Shown: positions 50,191 through 60,766 of the stretch, one piece after another | Layout: each line of letters starts with the position of its first letter | Position numbering within the stretch: position 1 is the stretch's first letter | Source of the DNA: Candidatus Hydrothermales bacterium | GTDB lineage: Bacteria > Hydrothermota > Hydrothermia > Hydrothermales > JAJRUZ01 | Reading direction: 5' to 3' | Assembly (NCBI GenBank): GCA_039630575.1 | Contig: JBCNUW010000007.1 | Coordinates: 1 to 64,000, forward strand | DNA: 64,000 bases | Translations under genes and position numbers: made by a program | Notes under the pieces: model-generated | The model's database searches: none | Told to the model about the DNA's origin: nothing | Seen by the model: only the letters and a program-made list of their open reading frames with translations

Positions 50191-50608
50191 AAAAGAAATT
50201 TTGATATAATTGATCAGTGAAGAACTAGATAACCTCAAAGTCTTTGAACCACTTATTAATCTCAATCCTAAAAATAATTTATTACATACCCTGTTTTAAA
50301 CTAAAAGCAAAAAATTTATAAAACATCTCACTCAAAAATTAGAAAATCCTCGTAGCACTGAATTAAAAAATGAGAATTTCTGAAATAAAAGTACAAATTT
50401 TAAGAATGATACATTAACTAAAGTTGTAAGTTAAAAAAACTAATTGTTAGTAGGATTTATTCAATCAGCATTTATTACAGATTCCGTAAAAAGATTATTG
50501 AGTCAAAATCAAAACTTTCAGAAGTTAATCCTCTTCAGTACATTAATTAAATATTGATTTTTTAGAAATCACGGTATAAAATTAAAAGATGAGCCAAAAG
50601 GAGGTAAA

Positions 50609-53149
50609 ATGATGAATCTATTTTTGTTACTTTTATTTTTAATGCCACCACATCCTCAATTAAAGGAAAGGATGAGCAAAACGGATTATGAAAAAATGCT
50701 TGAAATTCTGAAGAATGCTAAAGAAAGAGGTGTAGATCAACCTGATTTTGAAAATCTTGAGAAATTTAGATTGAGATTACAAAAAAAACAAACTGATACT
50801 GCCAAAATACCCGTAATTCTTGCAGAATTTACTGATAACTTGGCTGATTCCTCTGTTACCCATTTTCAACAGTTGCTGTTTTCTGTTGGAACCTATCCAA
50901 CAGGCTCTTTAGCAGACTATTATCTTGAAAACTCATATGGAAAGTTCATCATAACAGGATGGGTTTCAAACTGGCTTATGATGCCACAACCTTATTCTTA
51001 CTACACTAACAATAACTACGGATTGGGATCCTATCCACGAAATGCTCAAGGTCTTGCAAGAGATGCGGTTCTTGCTGCTGATCCCTATGTGGATTTTTCT
51101 CAATTTGATAGAAACAATGACGGTTATGTCGATGTAGTCTTTATAGTTCATGCAGGTCCAGGTGCTGAAGAAACAGGAAATCCAAACGATATATGGTCTC
51201 ACGCTTGGGTTATACCAGGTGGAGTTAATGTTGACGGTAAAATAGCTTATAGATACTCAATGATGCCTGAAAATGGTAGAGTAGGTGTATTCGGTCATGA
51301 GTATGGCCATAATCTTGGTTTACCTGACCTGTATGATACTGACTATTCCTCTGAAGGACTTGGAAACTGGTCAATGATGTCAGGCGGTTCCTGGGGCAAC
51401 AATGGAAGAACTCCTGTTCATTTTGACATTTGGTGCAAATATAAACTCGGTTTTCTAACTCCAGTCAATGTAACCTCTATTATTAATAACGCATCTTTTG
51501 ATCCAGTTGAAAACTTACCAATAGGATATAGGTTATGGACAAGTGGTAACAGTTCACCCCAGTACTTTCTCGCTGAATTTAGAAAAAAAATTAAATTTGA
51601 TTCCTACATACCTGGAGAGGGTCTTCTAATATATCATGTAGATGAATACATGACAAATAACAACTATGAATGGTATCCAGGTTTGCCAGGTGGTTTACAT
51701 TATAAAGTTGCTCTCGAACAGGCAGATGGAAAGTGGGATCTTGAAAAAAAGCAAAATTCAGGTGACCTTGGAGATCCTTATCCAGGCACTACCCTTAACA
51801 CCTCCTTTGACAACTACTCAACACCTAATTCAAAAAACTATAACAATAATACCACTTATGTCTCAATAACTGGTATATCCCCTAAAGCTTCAAAAATTTA
51901 TGCTGACCTTGCTGTTATACCTGTATATAATATGTCCATTGATTCCTCAAATATTCCCAACATAGGAAAAAAAGATAGTTTAATATACCCTAAAATTTTT
52001 GTTTCTAACAGAGGTTTTTATAATCAAAGCTTTGACTTGACACTTAGAATTGACTCCTTTTCTTATACAGTTTATCAACATCAATTAAATGGACTTTCAC
52101 TTTCACAGGGATCAGCAAGTTCTTACTCTTTTCCAGCCTTTAGTCCAAAATTTTCAAATGGTATTTATACTTTTTACGGATTTATAACTTCCCCTAACGA
52201 ACAGATGTTCCGAAATGACACTATAAAGGTTCGATTTTTCTCATACCAATTAATTAATTTCATCAATTCTCCCTACAATGAAAATCCCCCTACGATTGAC
52301 GGTTATATAGATCCGAATGAATGGGCTTTTAGTTATGTACTTGATATATCAGATTATCTAAAAAGAGCCGGAAGAAGAAATATCCAAGAGTCCTATATTT
52401 ATCTTTTCAATACTCAAGATGCTCTATATATGGGAATAAAACTTAGTGATACAACAGATGGAACAGATTACATAAGAATAATTTTTGATGATAACGCAAA
52501 CGGTAGTTTCCCTCAATCCCCAAATACAAAAGAAGGTGAAATTAAATTTCAACAATCAGGGTCAAGTTTCAGCGCAACCTTTACACCTTATTTCACTGGA
52601 GGTGGACAAGGTTCAACACGCCCTCTTAATTTACCTTATGCTATCTCTGAAACAGGGGGAGAACGACACATAGAAATAAAAATAAATATAACCCCTCAAA
52701 ATCTTGGTCTTGATGAGGAACTTCAAGTTAACTCAAACTTAGATACCTTCGCCTTTTTTATTATGACTAGAAACTCAGCTGAAAACGATCTAAACTCATA
52801 CTGGCTACAAAACATACCATTAACACAGATTAAAAATCCCTCCCTTTATGGAAAGGTAGAAATAGGTGGACTAAATGTAAATGTAAAAGAAAATAGAACT
52901 TCATCAGCAAAATTAAACTTTGATTTAATATACAAAAAGGATGGCATTAGGATAATATTTAACCAACCTGATTATTCTCCATTTGATTTAAAAATTGTCA
53001 ACATAACTGGGAGGGTTGTTTTAAAAATTTCCTCTAATGCTAAGGAATTCTCAAGAGATGTTTCATATAAGGAATTAAATAAAGGAACATATTTTGCAAT
53101 AATTAAAGGAGGCAAAAGAGAATTAAGAAAAAAATTCATAATATACTAA
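50609..53149 (+). CDS. M6 (immune inhibitor A) metalloprotease with CBM9/DOMON-like and T9SS-type C-terminal domains
   Basis: DYYLENSYG, VHAGPGAE, IWSH, HEYGHNLGLPDLYD, WSMMSGGSW, GLLIYHVD, PTIDG...EW, IVNITGR...GTYF...KKFII. SD AAGGAGG. Confidence 0.92.
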   Translation: MMNLFLLLLFLMPPHPQLKERMSKTDYEKMLEILKNAKERGVDQPDFENLEKFRLRLQKKQTDTAKIPVILAEFTDNLADSSVTHFQQLLFSVGTYPTGSLADYYLENSYGKFIITGWVSNWLMMPQPYSYYTNNNYGLGSYPRNAQGLARDAVLAADPYVDFSQFDRNNDGYVDVVFIVHAGPGAEETGNPNDIWSHAWVIPGGVNVDGKIAYRYSMMPENGRVGVFGHEYGHNLGLPDLYDTDYSSEGLGNWSMMSGGSWGNNGRTPVHFDIWCKYKLGFLTPVNVTSIINNASFDPVENLPIGYRLWTSGNSSPQYFLAEFRKKIKFDSYIPGEGLLIYHVDEYMTNNNYEWYPGLPGGLHYKVALEQADGKWDLEKKQNSGDLGDPYPGTTLNTSFDNYSTPNSKNYNNNTTYVSITGISPKASKIYADLAVIPVYNMSIDSSNIPNIGKKDSLIYPKIFVSNRGFYNQSFDLTLRIDSFSYTVYQHQLNGLSLSQGSASSYSFPAFSPKFSNGIYTFYGFITSPNEQMFRNDTIKVRFFSYQLINFINSPYNENPPTIDGYIDPNEWAFSYVLDISDYLKRAGRRNIQESYIYLFNTQDALYMGIKLSDTTDGTDYIRIIFDDNANGSFPQSPNTKEGEIKFQQSGSSFSATFTPYFTGGGQGSTRPLNLPYAISETGGERHIEIKINITPQNLGLDEELQVNSNLDTFAFFIMTRNSAENDLNSYWLQNIPLTQIKNPSLYGKVEIGGLNVNVKENRTSSAKLNFDLIYKKDGIRIIFNQPDYSPFDLKIVNITGRVVLKISSNAKEFSRDVSYKELNKGTYFAIIKGGKRELRKKFIIY

Positions 53150-53169
53150 AAATTTCTTAAAAAGAAAAA

Positions 53170-54867
53170 CTATTTAAGCCTAAAAAAGGTGTAGAATAAA
53201 AAAATAAAAAGAAAGAAAATTCCTATAATTGGGTTTGAAATATTAAAAGAAATGATAGAAAGTCCTGTAATTATTATTAATGCAAGTAATATTCCACTGA
53301 TTGCATCTCCTGCTACATAACCGGAAGCAAGTAAAATTCCCTTTTCTTTTTTCTTTATAATTTCAGATAAAATTCCACCAAGTGCTATAGTAGTAGATAA
53401 AGAAAAAGGAAGATAAAGTCCAACTGCAACTGGAAGTGATGAAATACCTAAGATCTCGAGAAAAATTGAAACCGTTATACCAGAAATAAAAAGATGAATA
53501 GGAAATTGAGCTTCAAAGATTCCTTTAACAATTAATGACATTAAAGTAGCCTGTGGAGCAGAAAGTCTTTCGCTACCTATAACATAAGCTTTATGTAATA
53601 TAAATAAAGTAAAACCAATAAAAATCGATGAAGTAATCACACCTATTATCTCTCCAATTTGCTGTAGTTTAGGTGTCGCACCTACAAGAAATCCAGTTTT
53701 TAAATCCTGAGAAATATCCCCAGCAATTGCAGCACTGATACAGATAAAGGCTCCAATCGTTAGCGAAGTGAACATAGCATAGATTCCCTTTCCACCAAGA
53801 ATGTAAATTAAAAGACTAACTAAAAAAAGTGTTGCTATTGTCATACCTGATACAGGATTTGATGAAGATCCTACAAGACCAACTATTCTTGAAGAAACAA
53901 CTACAAAGATAAATGAAAAGATAATAATAAGAAAAGATGTAAAGAAATTTTGATTAAAAATATCTAAAAGTGAAATTAAAAAATAAATTATTAAAACAGA
54001 AAAAACTATAAAAGATAGGGGAAGATCCTTTTTACCAGGTTTAAAGGAAAAAAATTTTCTTTCTTTAATAAGATTTAATAAAATTTTTAAAAATGATATA
54101 AGACCACCAGAGAAAACTGCTCCAGCACCAATATATCTAATGTATTTACTCCAAATAGAATAAGTATCAAGAACTTTTGCATCAGGAACATAATTGCCAA
54201 TTAAAGGAATAAAAACTAACCAACCTAAAAGTCCACCCGCCAAAAGTAAGAAAGAAATTCTTTTTCCTAAAATGATTCCAACACCTAAAAGAGCTGGTGA
54301 GTTCTCAAAAGAAAGGGTTAGTTTATTTTTAAGGTTTATTAAAAAATAATCAGGAAAAAGTTTAAAACCTATCGCTAAAAACCTGAAAGTAAAACCTGAA
54401 ATAAGTCCCTCAAAAACAGTTTTAGCTTTATGTCCACCTTCATCTCCTGCCTTAAGTACTTCAGCACAGGCTCTTCCCTCTGGAAAAGGAAGCTCCCTAT
54501 CTTCCTCCTCTATGAATCTTTTTCTGACTGTTACCATAAATAAAACTCCTAAAAGTCCTCCTAAAAGAGAAGTTAAAAATATATAAAAAATTGTTGGATT
54601 TAATCCTATAAGAATCAGGGCAGGAATAGTGAATATGATACCAGCTGCCAGTGATTCACCAGCTGAAGCAATTGTTTGCACCATATTATTTTCAAGAATA
54701 GTACCTCTTTTTAAAATTCCTCTCAAAATAGCCATAGAAACACAAGCAGCAGGTATTGAAGCAGAAACTGTCATTCCTGCCTTAAGACCAAGATATGCAT
54801 TAGCAGCACCAAAAATTATAGAAAGGAAGATTCCCAGAATAATAGCTCTTATTGTAAATTCTTTCAT
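53170..54867 (-). CDS. OPT family oligopeptide transporter
   Basis: YLGLKAGMTVSASIPAA, ENNMVQT, FPEG, SSNPVSGMTI, QDLKTG, APQA. Confidence 0.95.
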   Translation of the reverse strand: MKEFTIRAIILGIFLSIIFGAANAYLGLKAGMTVSASIPAACVSMAILRGILKRGTILENNMVQTIASAGESLAAGIIFTIPALILIGLNPTIFYIFLTSLLGGLLGVLFMVTVRKRFIEEEDRELPFPEGRACAEVLKAGDEGGHKAKTVFEGLISGFTFRFLAIGFKLFPDYFLINLKNKLTLSFENSPALLGVGIILGKRISFLLLAGGLLGWLVFIPLIGNYVPDAKVLDTYSIWSKYIRYIGAGAVFSGGLISFLKILLNLIKERKFFSFKPGKKDLPLSFIVFSVLIIYFLISLLDIFNQNFFTSFLIIIFSFIFVVVSSRIVGLVGSSSNPVSGMTIATLFLVSLLIYILGGKGIYAMFTSLTIGAFICISAAIAGDISQDLKTGFLVGATPKLQQIGEIIGVITSSIFIGFTLFILHKAYVIGSERLSAPQATLMSLIVKGIFEAQFPIHLFISGITVSIFLEILGISSLPVAVGLYLPFSLSTTIALGGILSEIIKKKEKGILLASGYVAGDAISGILLALIIITGLSIISFNISNPIIGIFFLFIFLFYTFFRLK

Positions 54868-54893
54868 GGATTAATTATATCTTATAATAATTT
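54868..54893. promoter_or_regulatory. 26-nt divergent leaderless promoter pair (OPT / accD)
   Basis: Minus TATAAT 54879-74 (6 nt to ATG) and plus TATAAT 54883-88 (5 nt to ATG). Confidence 0.65.
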
Positions 54894-55712
54894 ATGTTTT
54901 ACAGAAAACCCTTTAAACCTGATAAAAAGGAAATTAAGGCTGATGTATGGAAAAAATGTGAGAATTGTGGAGAAACACTCCATGTAGCTCAACTAGAGAA
55001 AAATTTATGGGTATGCTCTAAGTGTTCCTTTCATTTTAGAATACCAGCAAAAAAATATATTGAAATTGTCTTCGAAGAAAATACCTTTGAAGAACTCTTT
55101 CTCCATATTGAATCTGACGACCCTTTAAACTTTCCAGATTATAAAAAGAAATACAAAAAAGCAAAAGAAGAAACAGGACTAAAAGAGGCTTGTATAACAG
55201 GAAAAGGTAAAATTGATAAATTTTTTGTATCTGCCTTTATATCAGACTTTTCCTTTATGGGAGGCAGTATGGGTTCTGCTTACGGTGAAAAATTCTACTT
55301 AATATGTGAATACGCAACTAAAGAAAAACTTCCTCTAATTGCAATAACTTCATCAGGAGGAGGAGCACGAATGCAAGAGGGTATAATCTCTTTAATGCAA
55401 CTTGTAAAGACAAATATAGGTGTAAAATTACTTAAAGAAAATAGAATCCCCTATATCACAGTACTCTGTGATCCAACAATGGGAGGAGTAATGGCTTCAT
55501 TTGCAGCACTTGGAGATATTTCTTTAGCTGAAAAAGGTGCTCTTTTAGGATTTGCGGGCCCAAGAGTAATTGAACAGACAATAAAACAAAAATTACCCCC
55601 TGGATTCCAAAGAGCTGAATTTCAGTTTGAACATGGTATGATAGACGAAGTTATCGACAGAAGAGAGTTAAAAAAAATGTTAATAAAAATTTTAAGTATA
55701 ATTTGGGATTAA
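54894..55712 (+). CDS. accD: Acetyl-CoA carboxylase carboxyltransferase beta subunit
   Basis: WKKCENC...VCSKC zinc finger, FMGGSMGS, GGARMQEG, GFAGPRVIEQT, LPPGFQRAE. Confidence 0.96.
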   Translation: MFYRKPFKPDKKEIKADVWKKCENCGETLHVAQLEKNLWVCSKCSFHFRIPAKKYIEIVFEENTFEELFLHIESDDPLNFPDYKKKYKKAKEETGLKEACITGKGKIDKFFVSAFISDFSFMGGSMGSAYGEKFYLICEYATKEKLPLIAITSSGGGARMQEGIISLMQLVKTNIGVKLLKENRIPYITVLCDPTMGGVMASFAALGDISLAEKGALLGFAGPRVIEQTIKQKLPPGFQRAEFQFEHGMIDEVIDRRELKKMLIKILSIIWD

Positions 55713-57709
55713 TCATCTTTTTTTTATTTTTAAAACCAATAAAATTTCAGGCAGACTCTCTACTTTACGATGTAAGGAAAAAGGTTTTATATCTTTTAAA
55801 AAATGTCAAAATTGAATATGAAAATGTAGAGCTTTTTTCAGATACAGTCCTTTTTTTTGAGGAAAGAAAATTTATTTATGCTTACGGAAAAGCAAAATTA
55901 AGATCTGGTAAAGATTCACTTAAAGGAGAAAAAATAATCTATAACACAGAATCCCAAAAAGGGAAAGTCTTAAAGGGTAAAACAAAAATCGAAAAGGGAA
56001 TATTATGGGCAGATAAAATTTACAAAGTTGATAAGGATAACATTAAAGCTTTTGACGGACACTATACAACCTGTGAATTAGAGGATCCCCATTATTTTTT
56101 TTCATCTAAAAAAGTTAAAGTTATTCTTAAAAAAGATATAGTTGCGGAACCTGTAATAATGTTCATAAAGGATTTCCCAATAATTTTTCTACCTTTCTGG
56201 ATATTTCCAGCTACAAAAGAAAGAAAATCAGGTTTTCTAACACCAAGACCAGGAAGAAATTCTCTGCTTGGTTTATACTTGAAAAATCTTACCTATTACT
56301 GGGCTATTAATCCTTACATGGGTTATACAATTGGATTTGACTTATATGAAAAAAAGGGAGCTTCAATTGTAACTGAATATGAATATATTTTATTTAAATT
56401 TCTTGAAGGAAACATAAGTGGAACTTTTACAAGAGAGATAGATCCTAAAAGAGAAAGATGGAGCATAAATGGTATTCATAACCAGAATTTTTTATATAAA
56501 TCAAAAATACAAGCAAAGGCTGATTTTATATCTGATAATACCTATGCAACAGACTACTCGGAATATAAACCTGAAAGACTAAAGAGTGAAGCCTATTCTT
56601 ATCTAACTTTCTCAAAAAATTTTAAAATTTCATATATGAACTTAACACTTGACAGAAGAGAAGATTTTTTAAATAAGAAAAAAGAAACAAAACTACCAAT
56701 CTTTTCCTTCTCATTCTTCGGCAGAGAAATTGGACCATTTAGAATCTCTGGAGGATTAAATCTTTTGAGAATAATTACAAAAGATAGTTTAAAAAAAATA
56801 GAAAATAAACATTTAGCAATTAACAAATCAATTTTAACTCAACAGAATTTTCTGGGAATTTTTAACACCTCCATATCTCTTAATCTTTCAGAAAAGATAT
56901 ACCCTGAGGACACTCTCAGAAAAAAATTTCCAATTTCTTATAACATAAGCTTTTCATCAAATTCTTCATTAACACTATACGGAAGATCTTTAATAAAACC
57001 ACCATATTTTGAAAACTTTTATCATTTTTTAACTATTTCAACTGGATATAGCCTAAGACCAGGTTTTAAAGCAATTGCTGTCAGAGGTGAGGGTCCAAAA
57101 AATCCTTCATCTTCTTTAAACTTCAGCTTAAAAAATGACTTTTTTGCAAAAAAAGAAAAAACAAGGTACCCCCTAATAAATATTAATATCTCTGGAAATT
57201 ATGATTTTTTAAAAAAAGAAAAAAAACTTTCAAATATAAATTTTGTAGGGACAATACCACTTCCATATAATCTTTCAGGCTCAGGAGATTTTAATTACAA
57301 TCCCTATTCAAAAAAAATTGAAACATCAAACTTTAGAATATCCTACAATTTTAATTTAATTTTAACTGAAAAAATGCTTCCATCCAATAAAAATTTAATA
57401 ACTTCTGGAACATATAGCTACAGTAAAAACAAAGGTAAGGAAAATCATACATTAAGTGGATCTTTTTCCGGTCAATTAACAGAAAAATGGAGTTTTAACT
57501 ATTACTTTGTTTATACAAGTGAGGAAAAAAAAATAAATTCTCAGAGCCTAAATTTAACAAGAGATTTGCATTGTTTCTCTTTGGAAATAAGATGGTCAAA
57601 AATAGGAAATTTCTACGATTATCAATTTAGAGTATCAATTAAAGGAATCCCTGATTTGAAAATAGAAAGAAACTTTTTCGAAACTATCTTACCATCTTTG
57701 CAAGAGTAA
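55703..57709 (+). CDS. lptD: LPS-assembly protein LptD
   Basis: N-terminal OstA-like strands, YTTC...PHY, RKSGFLTP, YYWAIN, RDLHCF beta-barrel end. Confidence 0.88.
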   Translation: MGLIIFFLFLKPIKFQADSLLYDVRKKVLYLLKNVKIEYENVELFSDTVLFFEERKFIYAYGKAKLRSGKDSLKGEKIIYNTESQKGKVLKGKTKIEKGILWADKIYKVDKDNIKAFDGHYTTCELEDPHYFFSSKKVKVILKKDIVAEPVIMFIKDFPIIFLPFWIFPATKERKSGFLTPRPGRNSLLGLYLKNLTYYWAINPYMGYTIGFDLYEKKGASIVTEYEYILFKFLEGNISGTFTREIDPKRERWSINGIHNQNFLYKSKIQAKADFISDNTYATDYSEYKPERLKSEAYSYLTFSKNFKISYMNLTLDRREDFLNKKKETKLPIFSFSFFGREIGPFRISGGLNLLRIITKDSLKKIENKHLAINKSILTQQNFLGIFNTSISLNLSEKIYPEDTLRKKFPISYNISFSSNSSLTLYGRSLIKPPYFENFYHFLTISTGYSLRPGFKAIAVRGEGPKNPSSSLNFSLKNDFFAKKEKTRYPLININISGNYDFLKKEKKLSNINFVGTIPLPYNLSGSGDFNYNPYSKKIETSNFRISYNFNLILTEKMLPSNKNLITSGTYSYSKNKGKENHTLSGSFSGQLTEKWSFNYYFVYTSEEKKINSQSLNLTRDLHCFSLEIRWSKIGNFYDYQFRVSIKGIPDLKIERNFFETILPSLQE

Positions 57710-57717
57710 ATTATATA

Positions 57718-59406
57718 TTATTCCTTTTCTTCCTCTTCTTCTATATTAGATAATTTTTCAAGTTCAGCCCTTAAAAGCTCACCAAGATTTATTCTTGCTG
57801 GACCACCTTCAGTATACTTTGCAATCTCCTTCTTCTGTAAGATTCTTTCATATTCCTTTTCTGATAATAAAATTCTCTTTCTCTGGGGTTCAACTTTTAA
57901 AACTTTTAAGTTTATTTCTTCACCTTGCTTATAATTCTCCAAAACATTCCCCTTTTTTGAAAGATGAGAAAGAGGTACAAAACCTTCGAGTCCCTTATCA
58001 ACTTCAACAATTAATCCCTTATCTGTTACTTTCAAAACTGGAGCTTTTAAAGTTGTTTCAGAAGTTAATCTCTTAGAAATTTCTTTCCATGGATCTGGTC
58101 TTAAATGCTTAAGTGATAGTGTAATAGTCCTTGCCTTTTTATCAATATTCATTACTTTCAATCTCAACTTTTGATTTATTCTTAAAGCCTCTTCAGGCTT
58201 AGAGAATTTTCTTGTCCAGGAAATATCAGAGGAGTGAAGATAGCCCTCTAAACCATCGTCAAGTTCTATTATTGCACCAAAACTATCAAATCCAATAACT
58301 TTACCTTTAACTACAGACCCTCTTGGAATTTTCTCCTCAATATAAGTCCAAGGATCTGGTTGAGTCTGCTTAATTCCAAGAGCTATTCTCATCTTTTCCT
58401 TATCTATATCTAAAACTAAAGCTTCAATCCAATCACCCTCCCTAACAACTTCAGATGGTTCTTTTATTTTTTTCCAAGATAACTCACTTATATGACAAAA
58501 ACCAAGAATATCCTTTTCAAGCTCTATTAAAACTCCATAAGGCAATACCTTTCTTACTATACCTTTTACCTTTGTTCCTATAGGATATTTCTTTTCTATT
58601 TCTTCCCATTTTTCCGGAACTATATCTTTTACTGATAATATAAATCTCAATTTTTCAACATCCTTATCAATAATCTTTACTTTTATCTTTTCACCTATTT
58701 TTACAACTTCCTTTGCGTTTTTGACTCTTCTTGGCGACAACTCACTTAAAGGAATGAATCCCTCTATATTATCAATTTCAACGGTTACACCAACATTAGA
58801 GACAGCTTTAACTTCTCCTTCCACAATCTGACCAATCTCAAATTTTTCCCTAATTATCTTTTTCTTATTTTCTATTTCCTCCTCAATATAAGCCTTTCTT
58901 GAAGCTACTATATTTTTTCTTTCTTTGTTAACCTTAATAATCTTGAAATGAATATTCTTACCAACAAGCAAATTTACATTTTTTACTGGCTTTACATCTA
59001 TTTGAGAACCTGGCATAAAAGCATCAACACCAAAAACATCAACTATCAAACCTCCCTTTACCCTCCTCAAAACTTTTCCTAAAACAGTTTTATTGTTTTC
59101 ATGAACATCACTAATTTTATCCCAAGCAAGTTCAAAATCAGATTTATGCTTAGAAAGAATTACAAAACCATCCGGACCATCTGGATCTTCAACATAAAGA
59201 GTAACCTCATCACCGGGTTTTAGTTCATCGGGATTTTTAAACTCCTCTTTAGGACAAATTCCCTCAGCCTTTACACCAAGATCAAAAAATATTTCTCTTT
59301 CACCAACTTTTAAAACTTTCCCTTTTACAATATCTCCTTCTTTTAAAGTTTTAAAACTTTGATTTATAAGTGACTCTATCTTTTCATTTAAATCTTCTAC
59401 TACCAT
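57718..59406 (-). CDS. rpsA: 30S ribosomal protein S1
   Basis: Six S1 repeats (GDIVKGKV, VKGGL..AFMPGSQ, GFCHISELSW, GYLHSSDISW, GFVPLSHL). Start re-assigned to ATG 59406, which follows AAGGAGG. Confidence 0.96.
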   Translation of the reverse strand: MVVEDLNEKIESLINQSFKTLKEGDIVKGKVLKVGEREIFFDLGVKAEGICPKEEFKNPDELKPGDEVTLYVEDPDGPDGFVILSKHKSDFELAWDKISDVHENNKTVLGKVLRRVKGGLIVDVFGVDAFMPGSQIDVKPVKNVNLLVGKNIHFKIIKVNKERKNIVASRKAYIEEEIENKKKIIREKFEIGQIVEGEVKAVSNVGVTVEIDNIEGFIPLSELSPRRVKNAKEVVKIGEKIKVKIIDKDVEKLRFILSVKDIVPEKWEEIEKKYPIGTKVKGIVRKVLPYGVLIELEKDILGFCHISELSWKKIKEPSEVVREGDWIEALVLDIDKEKMRIALGIKQTQPDPWTYIEEKIPRGSVVKGKVIGFDSFGAIIELDDGLEGYLHSSDISWTRKFSKPEEALRINQKLRLKVMNIDKKARTITLSLKHLRPDPWKEISKRLTSETTLKAPVLKVTDKGLIVEVDKGLEGFVPLSHLSKKGNVLENYKQGEEINLKVLKVEPQRKRILLSEKEYERILQKKEIAKYTEGGPARINLGELLRAELEKLSNIEEEEEKE

Positions 59407-59428
59407 TAATTTAATTCCTCCTTCATTC

Positions 59429-59468
59429 AACTCTCCAACTTTTATGGATTTGAACCAAAGGGAGAGTT
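59429..59468 (-). promoter_or_regulatory. Structured rpsA leader: long hairpin capped by T-loop-like TGG-TTCAAAT-CCA
   Basis: AACTCTCC/GGAGAGTT outer stem, CTT/AAG and TGG/CCA inner pairs, loop TTCAAAT. Lies between a GATAAT box (59486-81) and the SD. Confidence 0.7.
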
Positions 59469-59506
59469 TTTTTGGTAATAATTATCAAGAATTTAAAATT
59501 AAAATT

Positions 59507-60766
59507 TCAAACTTGAGAGAGATTTTTTACTTTACTTTCTAATTTTCTTGTAAACTCTTCTACATATTCCTTAGTGCTATCAAAGGGAAAAAGAGGCTCA
59601 CCAAATATTATTTTTAAATTTCTTTTTAAAATCCAACTGAAAGGATTTTCTCTTACATTCCTTATGTAAGCAGGGATAACAGGAACTCTTAACTCGCAGG
59701 CAAGTTGAGAAGCACCCTTTTTAAAAGGTAAAATATCTCCACTTTTACTCCTAGTTCCCTCAGGGAAAATAACAACAATTTCACCCATTTTAAGCAATTC
59801 TTTTGCTTTTTCATAGGCACCTATAGCACCTGCTCCTTTTCTTATAGGAATAGCATTAAATGTCTCTATGAGCCACTTAAATAATCTGTTTGCTACAAAA
59901 AGATCAATTTTGGCCAAAAAGAAACTCTCCCTTTTAATTGCAAAACCAATAAAGGGAGGATCCCAAAAAGTAACATGATTGGGTGTTACAATGAAGGGAC
60001 CATTTTTAAACAAGTTTTTTCTACCAACTATTTTCATTCCAAAAAGCCACTTTAAAATCGGATAAGAAAAATAATAGGCAAACTTCCACCTAAATTTTTC
60101 TCTTTTCTTATAAATTTTTTCATAGGAAAGTGCTAAACATAAAGATAAAACTTCTTCAACTTGCTTATTTGTTGTATCAATAAAGTAAGCATCATCAGGT
60201 AACCTAAGTGGTGAATTTATTCTACTTTTATCTCTCATATCCCTTTTTTCTAGATCTACGAAAACTTCCTCAAAGCTTATATTTTTTCCACTCTTTTTAA
60301 AATCTCTGAATCTTCTCTCAGCTCTTTTTGTAATATCAGCATCCATGTAAATTTTTAAATCTGCATCAGGAGCAATAACAGTCCCTATGTCTCTTCCTTC
60401 CATAACAACACCTTTTTTCTCTACAAAACTTCTTTGGACATAATAAAGATAATCTCTTACTTCCCTATACTCTGCAATCTCTGAAGCTATACGCTCCACT
60501 TCAGGATCTTCTATTTCATCAGTTAAATTTACACCATTTATATAAATTTTCGGTGTATTTTCAAATTTGTAATCTATTTTCAGATCTTTTATTCTCTTTT
60601 TTATTTCTTCTTTTTTTAAATTATTTATTTTTATATAAGCACCGATACCTCTATAAAGTTTTCCTGTTAAAACAGGAATGTAATTGAGAAGATAAGCGAG
60701 CTTCAAACAGATAGTAGTTTTTCCACTTCCGGCAGTTCCATCTATTGTTATAACTATCTTTCTCAT
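59507..60766 (-). CDS. cmk: Fused cytidylate kinase / 1-acyl-sn-glycerol-3-phosphate acyltransferase (Cmk-PlsC)
   Basis: ITIDGTAGSGKTT, MEGRDIGTV, RDMRD, then NHVTFWD (HxxxxD) and IFPEGTRS in one frame. Confidence 0.93.
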   Translation of the reverse strand: MRKIVITIDGTAGSGKTTICLKLAYLLNYIPVLTGKLYRGIGAYIKINNLKKEEIKKRIKDLKIDYKFENTPKIYINGVNLTDEIEDPEVERIASEIAEYREVRDYLYYVQRSFVEKKGVVMEGRDIGTVIAPDADLKIYMDADITKRAERRFRDFKKSGKNISFEEVFVDLEKRDMRDKSRINSPLRLPDDAYFIDTTNKQVEEVLSLCLALSYEKIYKKREKFRWKFAYYFSYPILKWLFGMKIVGRKNLFKNGPFIVTPNHVTFWDPPFIGFAIKRESFFLAKIDLFVANRLFKWLIETFNAIPIRKGAGAIGAYEKAKELLKMGEIVVIFPEGTRSKSGDILPFKKGASQLACELRVPVIPAYIRNVRENPFSWILKRNLKIIFGEPLFPFDSTKEYVEEFTRKLESKVKNLSQV

